From the NCBI RefSeq assembly GCF_003367075.2, contig NZ_CP065936.1:390001-422000 (forward strand): a stretch of 32,000 bases of DNA, given 5' to 3'. This stretch comes from Cylindrospermopsis raciborskii Cr2010. GTDB lineage: Bacteria; Cyanobacteriota; Cyanobacteriia; Cyanobacteriales; Nostocaceae. This document shows, piece by piece, positions 18,800 to 28,618 of the stretch. The notes below the pieces were generated by a model. It saw only the letters and a program-made list of their open reading frames with translations, ran no database searches and had not been told where the DNA came from. Within the stretch, counting starts at the first letter, position 1; each line of letters starts with the position of its first letter. The position numbers were made by a program, and so were the translations under genes.

Positions 18800-19006
18800 A
18801 TGTTTGACGGATTCTGGAATAACGTATTTCGCTACCCCCGCTACCTGGTGACTATAGTCTTAGGTCTGCTAGTTAATACATTTGACCCTCTAATTCCACT
18901 TTTAAAACGTCCAGGTACACTACTGGCGATTATAGGTCTGTTTGTGGGAGGGTTCTTCTTCCTCACCCTAACTCTCCGAGCTATGTTGGGACTGAGTGCA
19001 ATCTAA
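18800..19006 (+). CDS. DUF751 (Ycf33-like) family protein
   Basis: MFDGFWNNVFRYPRYLVTIVLGLLVNTFDPLIPLLKRPGTLLAIIG; directly upstream of rbfA as in other cyanobacteria. Confidence 0.85.
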   Translation: MFDGFWNNVFRYPRYLVTIVLGLLVNTFDPLIPLLKRPGTLLAIIGLFVGGFFFLTLTLRAMLGLSAI

Positions 19007-19072
19007 AAGGATTATTCCTAATAAGATAAACTATCTATTGTTAAATCTCTATCAAAAGGCGGAATTTATAAT

Positions 19073-19447
19073 ATGGCTACAAATCGCCGTGTTTCCCGTG
19101 TTGCGGAATTAATTAAACGGGAGGTCAGCCAAATGTTAATCCACGGTATTAAGGATGACCGGGTGGGTGTGGGTATGGTAAGCGTCACTGATGTCGATGT
19201 TTCAGGAGATTTACAACACGCCAAAATATTTGTCAGCATTTATGGAACAGAAGAAGCAAAAGCCGAAACTATGGCGGGGTTAAAATCCGCTACCGGTTAT
19301 GTTCGTAGTGAGTTGGGCGCTAGGGTTAGATTGCGTCGCACTCCAGAAGTGATTTTTGTGGAAGACCATTCCTTAGAAAGGGGAACTAAAGTGTTAAATT
19401 TATTAAACCAACTTCAACAAAAACGCGAAGACTCCCACCAAGATTGA
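19073..19447 (+). CDS. rbfA: 30S ribosome-binding factor RbfA
   Basis: [53 protein letters not shown]...[17 protein letters not shown]. Confidence 0.96.
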   Translation: MATNRRVSRVAELIKREVSQMLIHGIKDDRVGVGMVSVTDVDVSGDLQHAKIFVSIYGTEEAKAETMAGLKSATGYVRSELGARVRLRRTPEVIFVEDHSLERGTKVLNLLNQLQQKREDSHQD

Positions 19448-19768
19448 TCTACCACCAAAATACTAGATCAGATTGTAACTCTAGACATATTCATACTTCA
19501 CTCAAATATGTTAATACTGTCTATATGGTACTTTCTGTCATGTTTGTGCCTGCTTTTCGGTTTGACTATTACTAGTACATTTAGTTTTGATGTTATATTT
19601 CCTTGACAAACTTCACATTTCTTTAGATAATTTATAGGTCTGTAGCGTCAAAATAATAATAGTTCCGTATAGCAAACTACAAAACCTAGCCACAGGTCTA
19701 AATTATCACCACGTCTTCTCAATGAAAATTGGGAATACTATCTAAACGTAAATTTGTGAGTAAAAGCA

Positions 19769-20005
19769 ATGAGTGTAAGTACGGTGCCTTCTATCAATTA
19801 TTACTCTCTAGACGTAATCCAGTACGAAGCAAGCCAACTTGTGCGTAAGGGAATCGTCAGTCGGCAACAGCCGATATACACACTCTGCCAGTACATCCCC
19901 GCTCGGGAATGGGTCTTTGTGGAATATGAATTAGAGAAATGTGACTTTTTGTTGCGCGATCGCATTGGGGATTTGATTGGTCGAGAACAATGGGAAAATG
20001 ACTAA
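19769..20005 (+). CDS. DUF4327 family protein
   Basis: SINYYSLDVIQYEASQLVRKGIVSRQQPIYTLCQYIPAREWVFVEYELEKCDFLLRDRIGDLI. Confidence 0.8.
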   Translation: MSVSTVPSINYYSLDVIQYEASQLVRKGIVSRQQPIYTLCQYIPAREWVFVEYELEKCDFLLRDRIGDLIGREQWEND

Positions 20006-20123
20006 TCAGGACTGCAGTAATTAAGGAGGATCCCGAAGATCCCCAAGTTTCCTAAGTAGTAGTTAAGTAACTTATTTAATCTATGCTTGTCTAAAGTTAC
20101 TGACTTTGGCAAGTATATTTTTC

Positions 20124-20483
20124 TCAGGAGGTTGGTTCCGTTTGTTGGAGGTACTGATTAACATCGTCAACTAAGCGGGTGAGATCTGCTTCTGTAGTTA
20201 AGCGAACGCCTAAATTGCGTACAGTGAGTAGAACTTTAGCTGCGAAGGGAGTGGGCCAGATATTGGGGTTACAGAACACCTCAAAGAAAACATCACCTGT
20301 ATGGCGATATTCCAAAGCGGGTTCAGGTGTGATTTTTACCCCGGGGTTAGATTTAACAGTAACAGCTTTCAGACTTAGCATTAATTTATCCATGGCAGTT
20401 TTTAGTTCTATAGCAGCGTGGTGGGAAAAAGTGAAAGAAATAGAGCCATGGTCAAGATTGAGAGTGAGTAATGGGGAAGACAT
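20124..20483 (-). CDS. conserved hypothetical protein
   Basis: 119-aa ORF; MSSPLLTLNLDHGSISFTFSHHAAIELKTAMDKLMLSLK...; no recognised domain. Confidence 0.7.
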   Translation of the reverse strand: MSSPLLTLNLDHGSISFTFSHHAAIELKTAMDKLMLSLKAVTVKSNPGVKITPEPALEYRHTGDVFFEVFCNPNIWPTPFAAKVLLTVRNLGVRLTTEADLTRLVDDVNQYLQQTEPTS

Positions 20484-20541
20484 AATGGTATGGGGTAAAA
20501 ATTTTCTAAAACTTTGGCAACCATAATAACTATAATGATAG

Positions 20542-20652
20542 GTTAAGGGGGTGAGTGGAATTAAATATAAGATGAACGTAGGTTGGGTTGAAGTATGAAA
20601 CCCAACACCCGCATGGGTTAACCCATCCTACAAATAATTGTGCTTCCCTACT
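20542..20652 (+). repeat. dispersed palindromic repeat, copy C (full length)
   Basis: gttaagggggtgagtggaattaaatataagatgaacgtaggttgggttgaagtatgaaacccaacacccgcatgggttaacccatcctacaaataattgtgcttccctactt; near-identical to copy B. Confidence 0.85.
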
Positions 20653-20699
20653 TACCTAATTGCTCCATAATTAGGAATAGCAATGGTAAATATTCGATT

Positions 20700-21596
20700 A
20701 TGAATTACAACTACCTAAGGGAAGTAAGGAAAGTACTAATTATTACCCTTTTACTTAACTTGTTTGTGATGGCATTAAAAGTTGTAGTAGGATATGCTAC
20801 TGGTTCCTTGAGCTTATTAGCGGACGCTTTACACAGTGTTACAGATAGTGCTAACAACGTGTTAGGACTAGTAGCTAATAAATTTTCTTCTCCCTTACCA
20901 GATCGAGAACATCCCTATGGACATCACAAATTTGAAGCAGTGGGGGCGTTAGGAATAGCAGCATTTTTAGGGATAGCTTGTTTTGAAATTCTTCAAGGAG
21001 CGATAGAGAAAATTATTCGAGGTGGTTCACCCGTGAGAATATCTGGTCCTGAACTGTGGTTATTACTAATTGTATTGGGCGTAAATATCTTCGTCGCATT
21101 TTATGAGCGTAACGTAGGGACAAGAATAGGCAGTTCCATTTTAGTTGCTGATGCTAAACACACCATGAGTGATGTGTGGGTAACCATTTCCGTGTTAGGG
21201 GGACTAATAGGGATTTGGTGGTTCAACTTTCAATGGTTGGATGTGGTATTGGCCTTTCCCGTAGCTTTGCTAGTCTTTTGGAGTGGATGGTCCGTTTTAA
21301 AAGAAAATTTGCCCTGGTTAGTGGATCAAATGGCGATCGCTCCAGAAGCAATACATGGGATTGCCACTTCCGTACCTGGTGTAATTAACTGCCATGATAT
21401 TGCTTCTCGTGGGGTAATAGGTAGACAGGTATTCATAGAAATGCATCTAGTAGTAGATACACCGGAAGTAGAAACTGCCCATCAAATCACAGAGGAAGTA
21501 GAAAACAAACTACAGGAGAGATATAGTCCTGTGAGGATTATAATTCATATAGAACCACCAGCATACCAATCGGAGAACATTAGCTTTGGTAATTAG
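20700..21596 (+). CDS. cation diffusion facilitator (CDF) family transporter
   Basis: GYATGSLSLLADALHSVTDSANNVLGLVANKFSSPLPDREHPYGHHKFEAVGAL; VADAKHTMSDVWVT. ORF track start 20640 lies inside repeat copy C; ATG 20700 (MNYNYLREVRKV) is more plausible. Confidence 0.9.
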   Translation: MNYNYLREVRKVLIITLLLNLFVMALKVVVGYATGSLSLLADALHSVTDSANNVLGLVANKFSSPLPDREHPYGHHKFEAVGALGIAAFLGIACFEILQGAIEKIIRGGSPVRISGPELWLLLIVLGVNIFVAFYERNVGTRIGSSILVADAKHTMSDVWVTISVLGGLIGIWWFNFQWLDVVLAFPVALLVFWSGWSVLKENLPWLVDQMAIAPEAIHGIATSVPGVINCHDIASRGVIGRQVFIEMHLVVDTPEVETAHQITEEVENKLQERYSPVRIIIHIEPPAYQSENISFGN

Positions 21597-21625
21597 GATT
21601 AGCACCCGAATTTGCTTTCATATAC

Positions 21626-23248
21626 CTATTCCCATTCTATAGTGCCCGGTGGTTTAGAAGTAATATCATAGACCACTCGATTGACCCCTTTAACCTCATT
21701 GACAATTCTATTAGAAATGGCTTCTAGCACATCATAAGGTACTCGTGCCCAATCTGCTGTCATGCCATCTTCACTAGTCACTATTCGTAAGACCACAGGA
21801 TAGGCATAGGTGCGCTGATCACCCATAACCCCCACACTACGAATAGGTAGTAAAACAGCAAATGCTTGCCAATACTGATTATATAAATTCCTTTGGTTGA
21901 TTTCTTGGCGAACAATTAAATCAGCATCACGTAGAATATTTAACCTTTCTGCTGTCACCTCCCCCAAAATGCGAATAGCTAAACCCGGTCCAGGAAAAGG
22001 TTGTCTTTGAACTATCTCCTCTGGTAGACCAAGGGAACGACCCACCTTACGCACTTCATCTTTAAATAGTTTTCGCAGGGGTTCCACCAGTTTAAATCTC
22101 AAGTCCTTAGGTAGTCCACCCACATTGTGATGACTCTTGATTTTCACTGCTACCCTCTCCCCAGTTTTAGGATCTACATTAGTGCCAGCAGATTCAATTA
22201 CATCTGGATATAGTGTACCCTGTGCTAAATAGTCAAAGTGACCCAATCTTTTGGATGTTTCTTCAAACACCCTAATAAACTCGTGACCAATACGACGGCG
22301 TTTTTCTTCCGGATCTGTCACACCAGCAATAGCATTTATAAAGCGATCGCGTGCGTTAACGTACTCTACGGGAATATGAAATTGCTCCTGGAACAATTTT
22401 AATAATCTTTCTGGCTCTAATTTTCGCATAAAACCCTGATCAATAAACACGCAGGTCAATTGATCTCCAATAGCTTTATGGAGCAAAAATGCCAGGGTAG
22501 AAGAATCCACGCCTCCAGAGAGCGCTAACAGCACTCTTCTATCGGAGACTTTAGCACGAATCTCCTGAATAGCATTTTCCACAAAAGCTGCTGTTGTCCA
22601 ACTGGGTTCGCAGTCACAAATATGGTAAACAAAGTTGCGAATTAGTGCCAGTCCTCCCTGGGAATGAACTACTTCAGGATGAAACTGCACACCATACAGT
22701 TTGCGCTCATGATTCGCAATAGCTGCACAAGAAGTATTTTCTGTATGTGCTAGCAGTTCAAAACCAGGAGGCATGGTTGTAACTGAGTCCCCATGACTCA
22801 TCCACATAATCACACCATTTTCCACATTAGTAAGCAAGTGTGTGGGTTCATCTATAAGTAATGATGCTTTACCATATTCCCCACGATCAGCTTGGGTTAC
22901 CTTTCCCCCCAGTTCATTCACCATCAGCTGCATTCCATAACATACACCCAATATGGGAATACCCAATTCCCATATTTCTGGGTCACATTGAGGTGCATAA
23001 TCGCTATAAACTGACCTAGGACCACCAGATAAAATTATCCCCTTGGGGTTCATTTTCCTTATCTCTTCCGGTGTGATGCGATAGGAAAGCACCTCGGAAT
23101 ATACTTGTGTCTCCCTTATGCGTCGAGCAATCAGTTCCGAATATTGGGAACCAAAGTCTAAAATCACTATCATTTGGCGATCGCCATCTGGGAGATTTTC
23201 CTCACTTTGGCATGTTATATCTATTGGTAGACCTACCGCTGTATTCAT
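21626..23248 (-). CDS. guaA: glutamine-hydrolyzing GMP synthase
   Basis: [69 protein letters not shown]-term [10 protein letters not shown]. Confidence 0.98.
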   Translation of the reverse strand: MNTAVGLPIDITCQSEENLPDGDRQMIVILDFGSQYSELIARRIRETQVYSEVLSYRITPEEIRKMNPKGIILSGGPRSVYSDYAPQCDPEIWELGIPILGVCYGMQLMVNELGGKVTQADRGEYGKASLLIDEPTHLLTNVENGVIMWMSHGDSVTTMPPGFELLAHTENTSCAAIANHERKLYGVQFHPEVVHSQGGLALIRNFVYHICDCEPSWTTAAFVENAIQEIRAKVSDRRVLLALSGGVDSSTLAFLLHKAIGDQLTCVFIDQGFMRKLEPERLLKLFQEQFHIPVEYVNARDRFINAIAGVTDPEEKRRRIGHEFIRVFEETSKRLGHFDYLAQGTLYPDVIESAGTNVDPKTGERVAVKIKSHHNVGGLPKDLRFKLVEPLRKLFKDEVRKVGRSLGLPEEIVQRQPFPGPGLAIRILGEVTAERLNILRDADLIVRQEINQRNLYNQYWQAFAVLLPIRSVGVMGDQRTYAYPVVLRIVTSEDGMTADWARVPYDVLEAISNRIVNEVKGVNRVVYDITSKPPGTIEWE

Positions 23249-23336
23249 GATGGTGGGAGTGTGTCTTTGAACATAATTGAGTTACTATGTAGTTGTTAAC
23301 AACTACGAGCGGTTTGATTTTGACAGTCCATTTAGG

Positions 23337-24446
23337 TTAGCACAATTTCTCCATTAGCACACAACCTGTTTGACTTTTAATAATAACTTCTCTATTTCGG
23401 TCAAAAAGCACAGAACCACAAACTGTTGTTTTCACACTCTGGTCACTATGGCTTTTTATATACTCTTGGGAACGATTGTCAATAGTTTGGGCAATACTGA
23501 AATAAATTTGGTTAGTCCAGTTACTACCACTTATAGTATCCAGAAAGCGCAGATGTTGCAGGGCATCCTCCGCCCTGGGACTATGAAATATTATTTGTAT
23601 ATCTTCATACTTTAACCCCAGGATAGCACTATGGGCGACTATAATTTCTCTCCTTCCATCTGCTAAATGATGATGAGTATGAAATATTCCCCCTGCTAGT
23701 TTCATTAATTTTCCGTGATAGCCAAATAATAATATTTCTTCAACCCCCAAAAGATGGGCCTCAACTAATAGAGGACCAATCCAATTAGCAGTTTTTACCA
23801 TGCGTTGCGGATTTATTCCCAATTTTCTCCCCAGGTCTAAACCATTTTCGCCAATACAAAAAACTAAGCTATTAAATTCCTTTGCCTTCGTCCTTAAATC
23901 GTCCCGAAAAACCTCAAGCTGTTCTGGTGTACTTAATGGTTGAGATATACCGCTTGTTCCTAATAAAGAAAGTCCTTCCACCACTCCAAAAGCAGGGTTG
24001 GAGGTTCTGGTAGCTAGGGAGCGCCCCTCGGGTAAAATCACCGTCACTAGGATTTTTTCCCCCGGAAATAGTAGTTTCTCTAGGTTTTTCCGCAACAATT
24101 GCTGGGCGTATGTATAAATAGCAGCCATCCCCTGTAAATCCTTACCAATCCCTTCTCCACCCCTGATAACAATCGTTTCCCCCTCTCCATCATACCATTC
24201 TACTTTTGTCCAAATTGGTGTATCTTTAGTTAGATCTAAGTTATCCCCCGGATCACTTCGAGTAATAGCTAAAGCACCACTCTCGGAAATTCCAGCTACC
24301 TGTTCAATGGGAATTTCCACTATTTGATCCGGTGAAATTAGATCAACACCCGCTGTATTTAATATACGGCAATGGCGCAACCAATATAACGCCGCTATTG
24401 CACCACCACAGGCAAAAACTGGTAGGGTATAACCGGAACGAAACAT
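23337..24446 (-). CDS. cbiD: cobalt-precorrin-5B (C1)-methyltransferase CbiD
   Basis: SGYTLPVFACGGAIAAL, ITRSDPGDNLDLTKDTPIW, IRGGEGIG, ILVTVILPEGRSLATRTSNPAFGVVEGLSLLGTSGISQPLS. Confidence 0.93.
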   Translation of the reverse strand: MFRSGYTLPVFACGGAIAALYWLRHCRILNTAGVDLISPDQIVEIPIEQVAGISESGALAITRSDPGDNLDLTKDTPIWTKVEWYDGEGETIVIRGGEGIGKDLQGMAAIYTYAQQLLRKNLEKLLFPGEKILVTVILPEGRSLATRTSNPAFGVVEGLSLLGTSGISQPLSTPEQLEVFRDDLRTKAKEFNSLVFCIGENGLDLGRKLGINPQRMVKTANWIGPLLVEAHLLGVEEILLFGYHGKLMKLAGGIFHTHHHLADGRREIIVAHSAILGLKYEDIQIIFHSPRAEDALQHLRFLDTISGSNWTNQIYFSIAQTIDNRSQEYIKSHSDQSVKTTVCGSVLFDRNREVIIKSQTGCVLMEKLC

Positions 24447-24508
24447 AAAAAATTTTGTATGTGATAAATTTTGTGTTTTTGTATTTAATTATATAGGTGT
24501 TGAATCTT

Positions 24509-24823
24509 TCAACTTTCCAGAAAAATACCCACCTCTGATAATAAAACTGCCATGGTCTCCCAAGAAATACCCTGTTGAATATAACGGGGTGATTCGGGAT
24601 TATAAGGACTAGCTATTCGGTCAATGGTGACAATTATGGCACCTTCCGGTAGTACCGCCACATCAGGGTCAAAAGCGGTGGGGCGCATCAAGGAGCTGGA
24701 AAATCCTTTAAAAACTGCTATTTTGTCCTCCTCCCCATCAATATTGATGGTGACTACTAGCACTTCCTGAGACCTTTTGCTCGTGTATTCTTCTAAGCAC
24801 TTAGCAATGGAATTACTCATCAC
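24509..24823 (-). CDS. conserved hypothetical protein
   Basis: 104-aa ORF with protein-like composition, EVLVVTINIDGEEDKIAVFKGFSSSLMRPTAFDPDVAVLPEGAIIVTIDRIASPYNP. Confidence 0.75.
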   Translation of the reverse strand: MMSNSIAKCLEEYTSKRSQEVLVVTINIDGEEDKIAVFKGFSSSLMRPTAFDPDVAVLPEGAIIVTIDRIASPYNPESPRYIQQGISWETMAVLLSEVGIFLES

Positions 24824-24849
24824 AGTTTATAAACACTTTTATGAAAACT

Positions 24850-25449
24850 TTAATGTACTGCTGTTCTACCATACTTGCCAAATTTAACCAAGACAAAATA
24901 GGTAAGATAGATTATGTAAATTGTTAAGCCAACAATACCTAAAAAGCCAAGAAATGCAGGTGTGCTGTTATGATGGAAATAGTCCTTAAACATTAGGGGT
25001 GCTTCGGTCCAAACCTTACAGTAGGCTGAATTCCTAGAATCACCTGAAAAAGCACAGCCCAGAAAGGGCACGGTGCCAATTACCCCTAAAATTCCATAAA
25101 CGGTTATTGCCCAACGCCAAGAGGTAAAAACCAGTTTTAAAGGTCCTGGGGACTGATACTCAACTTCATCATTCAAATCAACCCAGAACCAGATGGAAAG
25201 GGGAATGAGGATCCGAGCTATTAGACCAGATATAAAACTGACTGCAAATCCGCCAATCATCAGGTATACAGTTATAGCCGCAAGACTGGCTACACGCCAG
25301 TAAATAGCCAATAACCTTTGTATACAGTCTGAGCTTTGCACAAATGCCCAAATTGTCAAAACTATGGGGATAATTAAATTAAATAGCAACGCCAATCTGT
25401 AATCTGTCCACACATAAGGGCGAAACCAAACTTCTTCCAGGTTTGTCAT
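24850..25449 (-). CDS. hypothetical integral membrane protein
   Basis: 199 aa with about five hydrophobic segments; no recognised family. Confidence 0.65.
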   Translation of the reverse strand: MTNLEEVWFRPYVWTDYRLALLFNLIIPIVLTIWAFVQSSDCIQRLLAIYWRVASLAAITVYLMIGGFAVSFISGLIARILIPLSIWFWVDLNDEVEYQSPGPLKLVFTSWRWAITVYGILGVIGTVPFLGCAFSGDSRNSAYCKVWTEAPLMFKDYFHHNSTPAFLGFLGIVGLTIYIIYLTYFVLVKFGKYGRTAVH

Positions 25450-25620
25450 CTCTTGATTAGTCTTGTATTAGTCAATTTGAAGTTGTTTTGGTAATGGGAG
25501 ACAGGTACCAAAGATTAACACTTTTGACCACCTTTGTCTCCCTATGCTTGACACCGGATGACCACATTTGAACTTCAGTCAAGAATCGGTGCAGCCATCT
25601 GAACATGGACTCCTGAATCT

Positions 25621-25863
25621 CTAATTGTCATTAATGCGACATTCATCTGCATCCGGATTAGCTTCACAATATGCTTCTAAGGAGTTCTTAGGTTTTTCTT
25701 GTTTCTGGTGAGAAGCAGCAGCTTGCAGTTCTTCTACCGCATCCCATGCAGCAGCACAAGCTGCAGAGTTGCCACCGGAAATATCACAAACTGCACGAGC
25801 TTGTTGGCGTTCTTCTTCGATTTTATCTTCTATGGAGGTTGCTGTTTCTTGAGTGTTTGTCAT
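25621..25863 (-). CDS. cp12: Calvin cycle regulatory protein CP12
   Basis: IEEERQQARAVCDISGGNSAACAAAWDAVEELQAAASHQK...SLEAYCEANPDADECR; both CP12 cysteine pairs present. Confidence 0.95.
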   Translation of the reverse strand: MTNTQETATSIEDKIEEERQQARAVCDISGGNSAACAAAWDAVEELQAAASHQKQEKPKNSLEAYCEANPDADECRINDN

Positions 25864-26048
25864 GAGCTTAGTCTCTTTGATTAACGTTTATATCAGTCTA
25901 GAAAAGTTCAAAATTGCCGTTTTGGTTTTATAGTTCACATACTATTCTAACCTCTAGGTTGTTAAGTTAGACTAGAATCCGGAATTATTAATTACTAATA
26001 GAGCAACTTACCATATATAGACCGGATCCGTCTCAATGTTTTAAGATT

Positions 26049-26930
26049 TTAGAATCTCTTTTGCATTCGCGGATGGATCAGTTCATTTAATCCCTCACCC
26101 AGTAGTGATAAACCTACCACCATAATAGTCATAGCCAAACCAGGAAAAAGGGTAGTCCACCAAATACCCGTGGGTAAAGCCTCTAAAGCTTGTCGTAAAT
26201 CGTATCCCCACTCTGGTACCTCTTCTGGTAGTCCCAAACCCAAAAAGCCCAAACCACCCAAAACTAATATGGCATCTGCTGCATTCAGGGTAAATAACAC
26301 AGGAACACTCTGAATTACATTTAAAAATAAATATCGAGATAACACAGTCCAAGTAGAAGCACCCATGGCTTGGGCAGCTTCGATATATACTTCCGTTTTC
26401 ACACTCACCGTATGATTACGGACAACTCGATAATATTGGGGGATGTAGGCTATGCTAATGGCGATCGCCGCATTTAAGATTCCCCTACCCACCACAAATG
26501 CCAGGGTAACAGAAAGTAGAAGTCCGGGTAGGGTGTAGATACTGTCCATGAGAAATAGCAGGGTTTTATCTAATTTGCCACCTAGATAACCACTGACCAT
26601 TCCCAGGGGTACGCCCACCACCATACTCAACCCTGTAGCTAATATGACCACCTGTAATGCTGCTTGAGCACCAAAAATGGTACGGGAGAAAACATCATAA
26701 CCCAAGCGACTAGTGCCAAACCAATATTTTCCCGAGGGGGGTTGATGAATGGGATTGGTCAGAAGTTCTTTAGGGTCAGATAACCACCCCCAATTTTGCC
26801 AAACCGGTGCCATAAAAGCCAGCAAGACGAAAAATAGGGTAATTATCAACCCCAGGAGCATGAGTTTGCCAGAGAGATTAGATTGAGCAAAGTTTAAAAA
26901 AGAGGGTATTCTTCGTTTTTTGATCTGCAT
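26049..26930 (-). CDS. ABC transporter permease, OppC/DppC type
   Basis: FGTSRLGYDVFSRTIFGAQAALQVVILATGLSMVVGVPLGMVSGYLGG...EAAQAMGASTWTVLSRYLFLNVIQSVPVLFTLNAADAILVLGGLGFLGLG. Confidence 0.93.
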   Translation of the reverse strand: MQIKKRRIPSFLNFAQSNLSGKLMLLGLIITLFFVLLAFMAPVWQNWGWLSDPKELLTNPIHQPPSGKYWFGTSRLGYDVFSRTIFGAQAALQVVILATGLSMVVGVPLGMVSGYLGGKLDKTLLFLMDSIYTLPGLLLSVTLAFVVGRGILNAAIAISIAYIPQYYRVVRNHTVSVKTEVYIEAAQAMGASTWTVLSRYLFLNVIQSVPVLFTLNAADAILVLGGLGFLGLGLPEEVPEWGYDLRQALEALPTGIWWTTLFPGLAMTIMVVGLSLLGEGLNELIHPRMQKRF

Positions 26931-26981
26931 AATGCAAATTGGGGAAATGGCTCAATTGATTTTAACTCACAACCAATCCAA

Positions 26982-27311
26982 CCATTAAGTGGGTGAGTAG
27001 AATTAAACATTAAGATGAACGTAGGTTGGGTTGAGGATACGAAACCCAACACCCCCACAGGTTACCCTACAAATTACCCCTTAGGTTTGACACCCTTCCA
27101 TTCTTGAATCAATTCCTTGTTTTTAAAAACTTGCACCGTTGGTGTACCCACAATTCCAGCATTTTGCGCAATGTCCTGATCCTCATCAATATCGATTTCC
27201 ACAAAATGTATCCTCCCATCAAAATCATCCACCACCTTGTTGAGTATGGGTTTAAGGGTATGACAAAGACCACAACCAGGAGCAACATACTTTACCACTA
27301 ACAGGCGATCG
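26982..27311 (-). repeat. tandem duplication unit, copy 1 (dispersed repeat plus truncated NTRC thioredoxin domain)
   Basis: 330 bp matching 27314..27666 (353 bp) apart from point changes and a 23-bp deletion at the end of the coding part (cccc vs cccccaattacctcacgatattccccc). Ends at the gcgatcg HIP1 core. Confidence 0.9.
27074..27298 (-). pseudogene. orphan thioredoxin-domain fragment duplicated from NTRC (CGLC active site)
   Basis: [73 protein letters not shown]; same as the NTRC C-terminus except P to L and E to D; GTG start, no clear RBS. Confidence 0.75.
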
Positions 27312-27313
27312 GT

Positions 27314-27666
27314 CCATTAAGTGGGTGAGTGGAATTAAACATTAAGATGAACGTAGGTTGGGTTGAGGATACGAAACCCAACACCCCCACAGGTTACCCT
27401 ACAAATTACCCCCAATTACCTCACGATATTCCCCCTTAGGTTTGACACCCTTCCATTCTTGAATCAATTCCTTGTTTTTAAAAACTTGCACCGTTGGTGT
27501 ACCCACAATTCCAGCATTTTGCGCAATGTCCTGATCCTCATCAATATCAATTTCCACAAAATGTATCCTCCCATCAAACTCATCCACCACCTTGTTGAGT
27601 ATGGGTTTAAGGGTATGACAAGGACCACAACCAGGAGCAACATACTTTACCACTAACAGGCGATCG
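27314..27666 (-). repeat. tandem duplication unit, copy 2 (repeat plus the native NTRC 3' end)
   Basis: Direct repeat partner of 26982..27311; junction ...ggcgatcg|gtccattaagtgggtgag... Confidence 0.9.
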
Positions 27667-28612
27667 CTTTCATGGAATAGTTTCCTGAGAGCATAACCAC
27701 CATGATGGCGTGTTTTCTGTAGATTGAACTCGGTGGGGGGAATTTCTTGTTGGGGTTGGGTGGTGGATTCTGGAGTTGGTTCCGATTGGGTTTGATGGAA
27801 TTCCTGAATTAAACCCCCTGATGATAACCATCTTTCTGCTAATAGTGCTGCTTGACAACCAGTACCCGCAGCGGTGATTGCTTGACGAAATTCATGGTCT
27901 TGAACATCACCAGCAGCAAACACCCCCTCCACACTAGTTTCCACATTTCCATGTCTGGTGACAATGTAACCTATCCCATCTAGCTCCAATTGTCCCTGAA
28001 ATAGCTCTGTATTTGGTTTATGTCCTATGGCGTAAAATAAACCCCTAGCAGGAATGGTATTTTCTTCCCCTGTATGGTTGTTACGCACTTGCACCCCCAC
28101 CATTTGCTCCTTACCGATTACATCTACCGCTTCTGTATGCCAGTGAACCTTGATTTTAGAATTACTTAAAACCCGATCTTGCATAGCTTTAGAAGCACGC
28201 ATCTTATCAGAACGCACTAATAAATGTACTGTAGAGCCATACTTGGTGAGGTAAACAGCTTCTTCCGCTGCGGAATCACCAGCACCAATTACCACCAACT
28301 CTTGACCGCGAAAAATAGGAGTTGCACCATCACAAATGGCACAAGCAGAAATTCCCCGACTCCAAAACTCCTTCTCACTGGGTAAACCTAGACGTTTAGC
28401 AGTTGCACCAGTCGCAATAATTAAACTATGGGTTTTCACCTCCCTCTCTGAAGAACTAACAATAAAAGGACGCTGACTCAAATTAACGGATATCACATCC
28501 TCTGTGTACAATTCTGCCCCCCAGCGTTCCGCTTGGGCTTTCATATTAGTCATTAAATCTGGTCCGGTGATTCCCTGGGGAAATCCCGGAAAATTTTCTA
28601 CTTCCGTGGTTG
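27399..28612 (-). CDS. ntrC: NADPH-dependent thioredoxin reductase/thioredoxin fusion (NTRC), exon 2
   Basis: CAACCACGGAAGTAGAAAATTTTCCG -> (T)[35 protein letters not shown]..., [11 protein letters not shown] (active-site CAxCDG), C-terminal Trx [10 protein letters not shown]. The ORF track starts only at the internal ATG 28553. Confidence 0.93.
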
Positions 28613-28618
28613 GTTAAA

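Noticed and set aside
27104-27656. Plus-strand ORFs 27104..27301 and 27363..27656, near-identical proteins ([13 protein letters not shown]...)
   Set aside because: They are the antisense of the duplicated thioredoxin domain; their similarity is explained by the tandem duplication.
27670-27858. ORF 27670..27858 (-), Ser/Pro-rich
   Set aside because: Different frame overlap within NTRC linker coding sequence; the NTRC frame explains the region.
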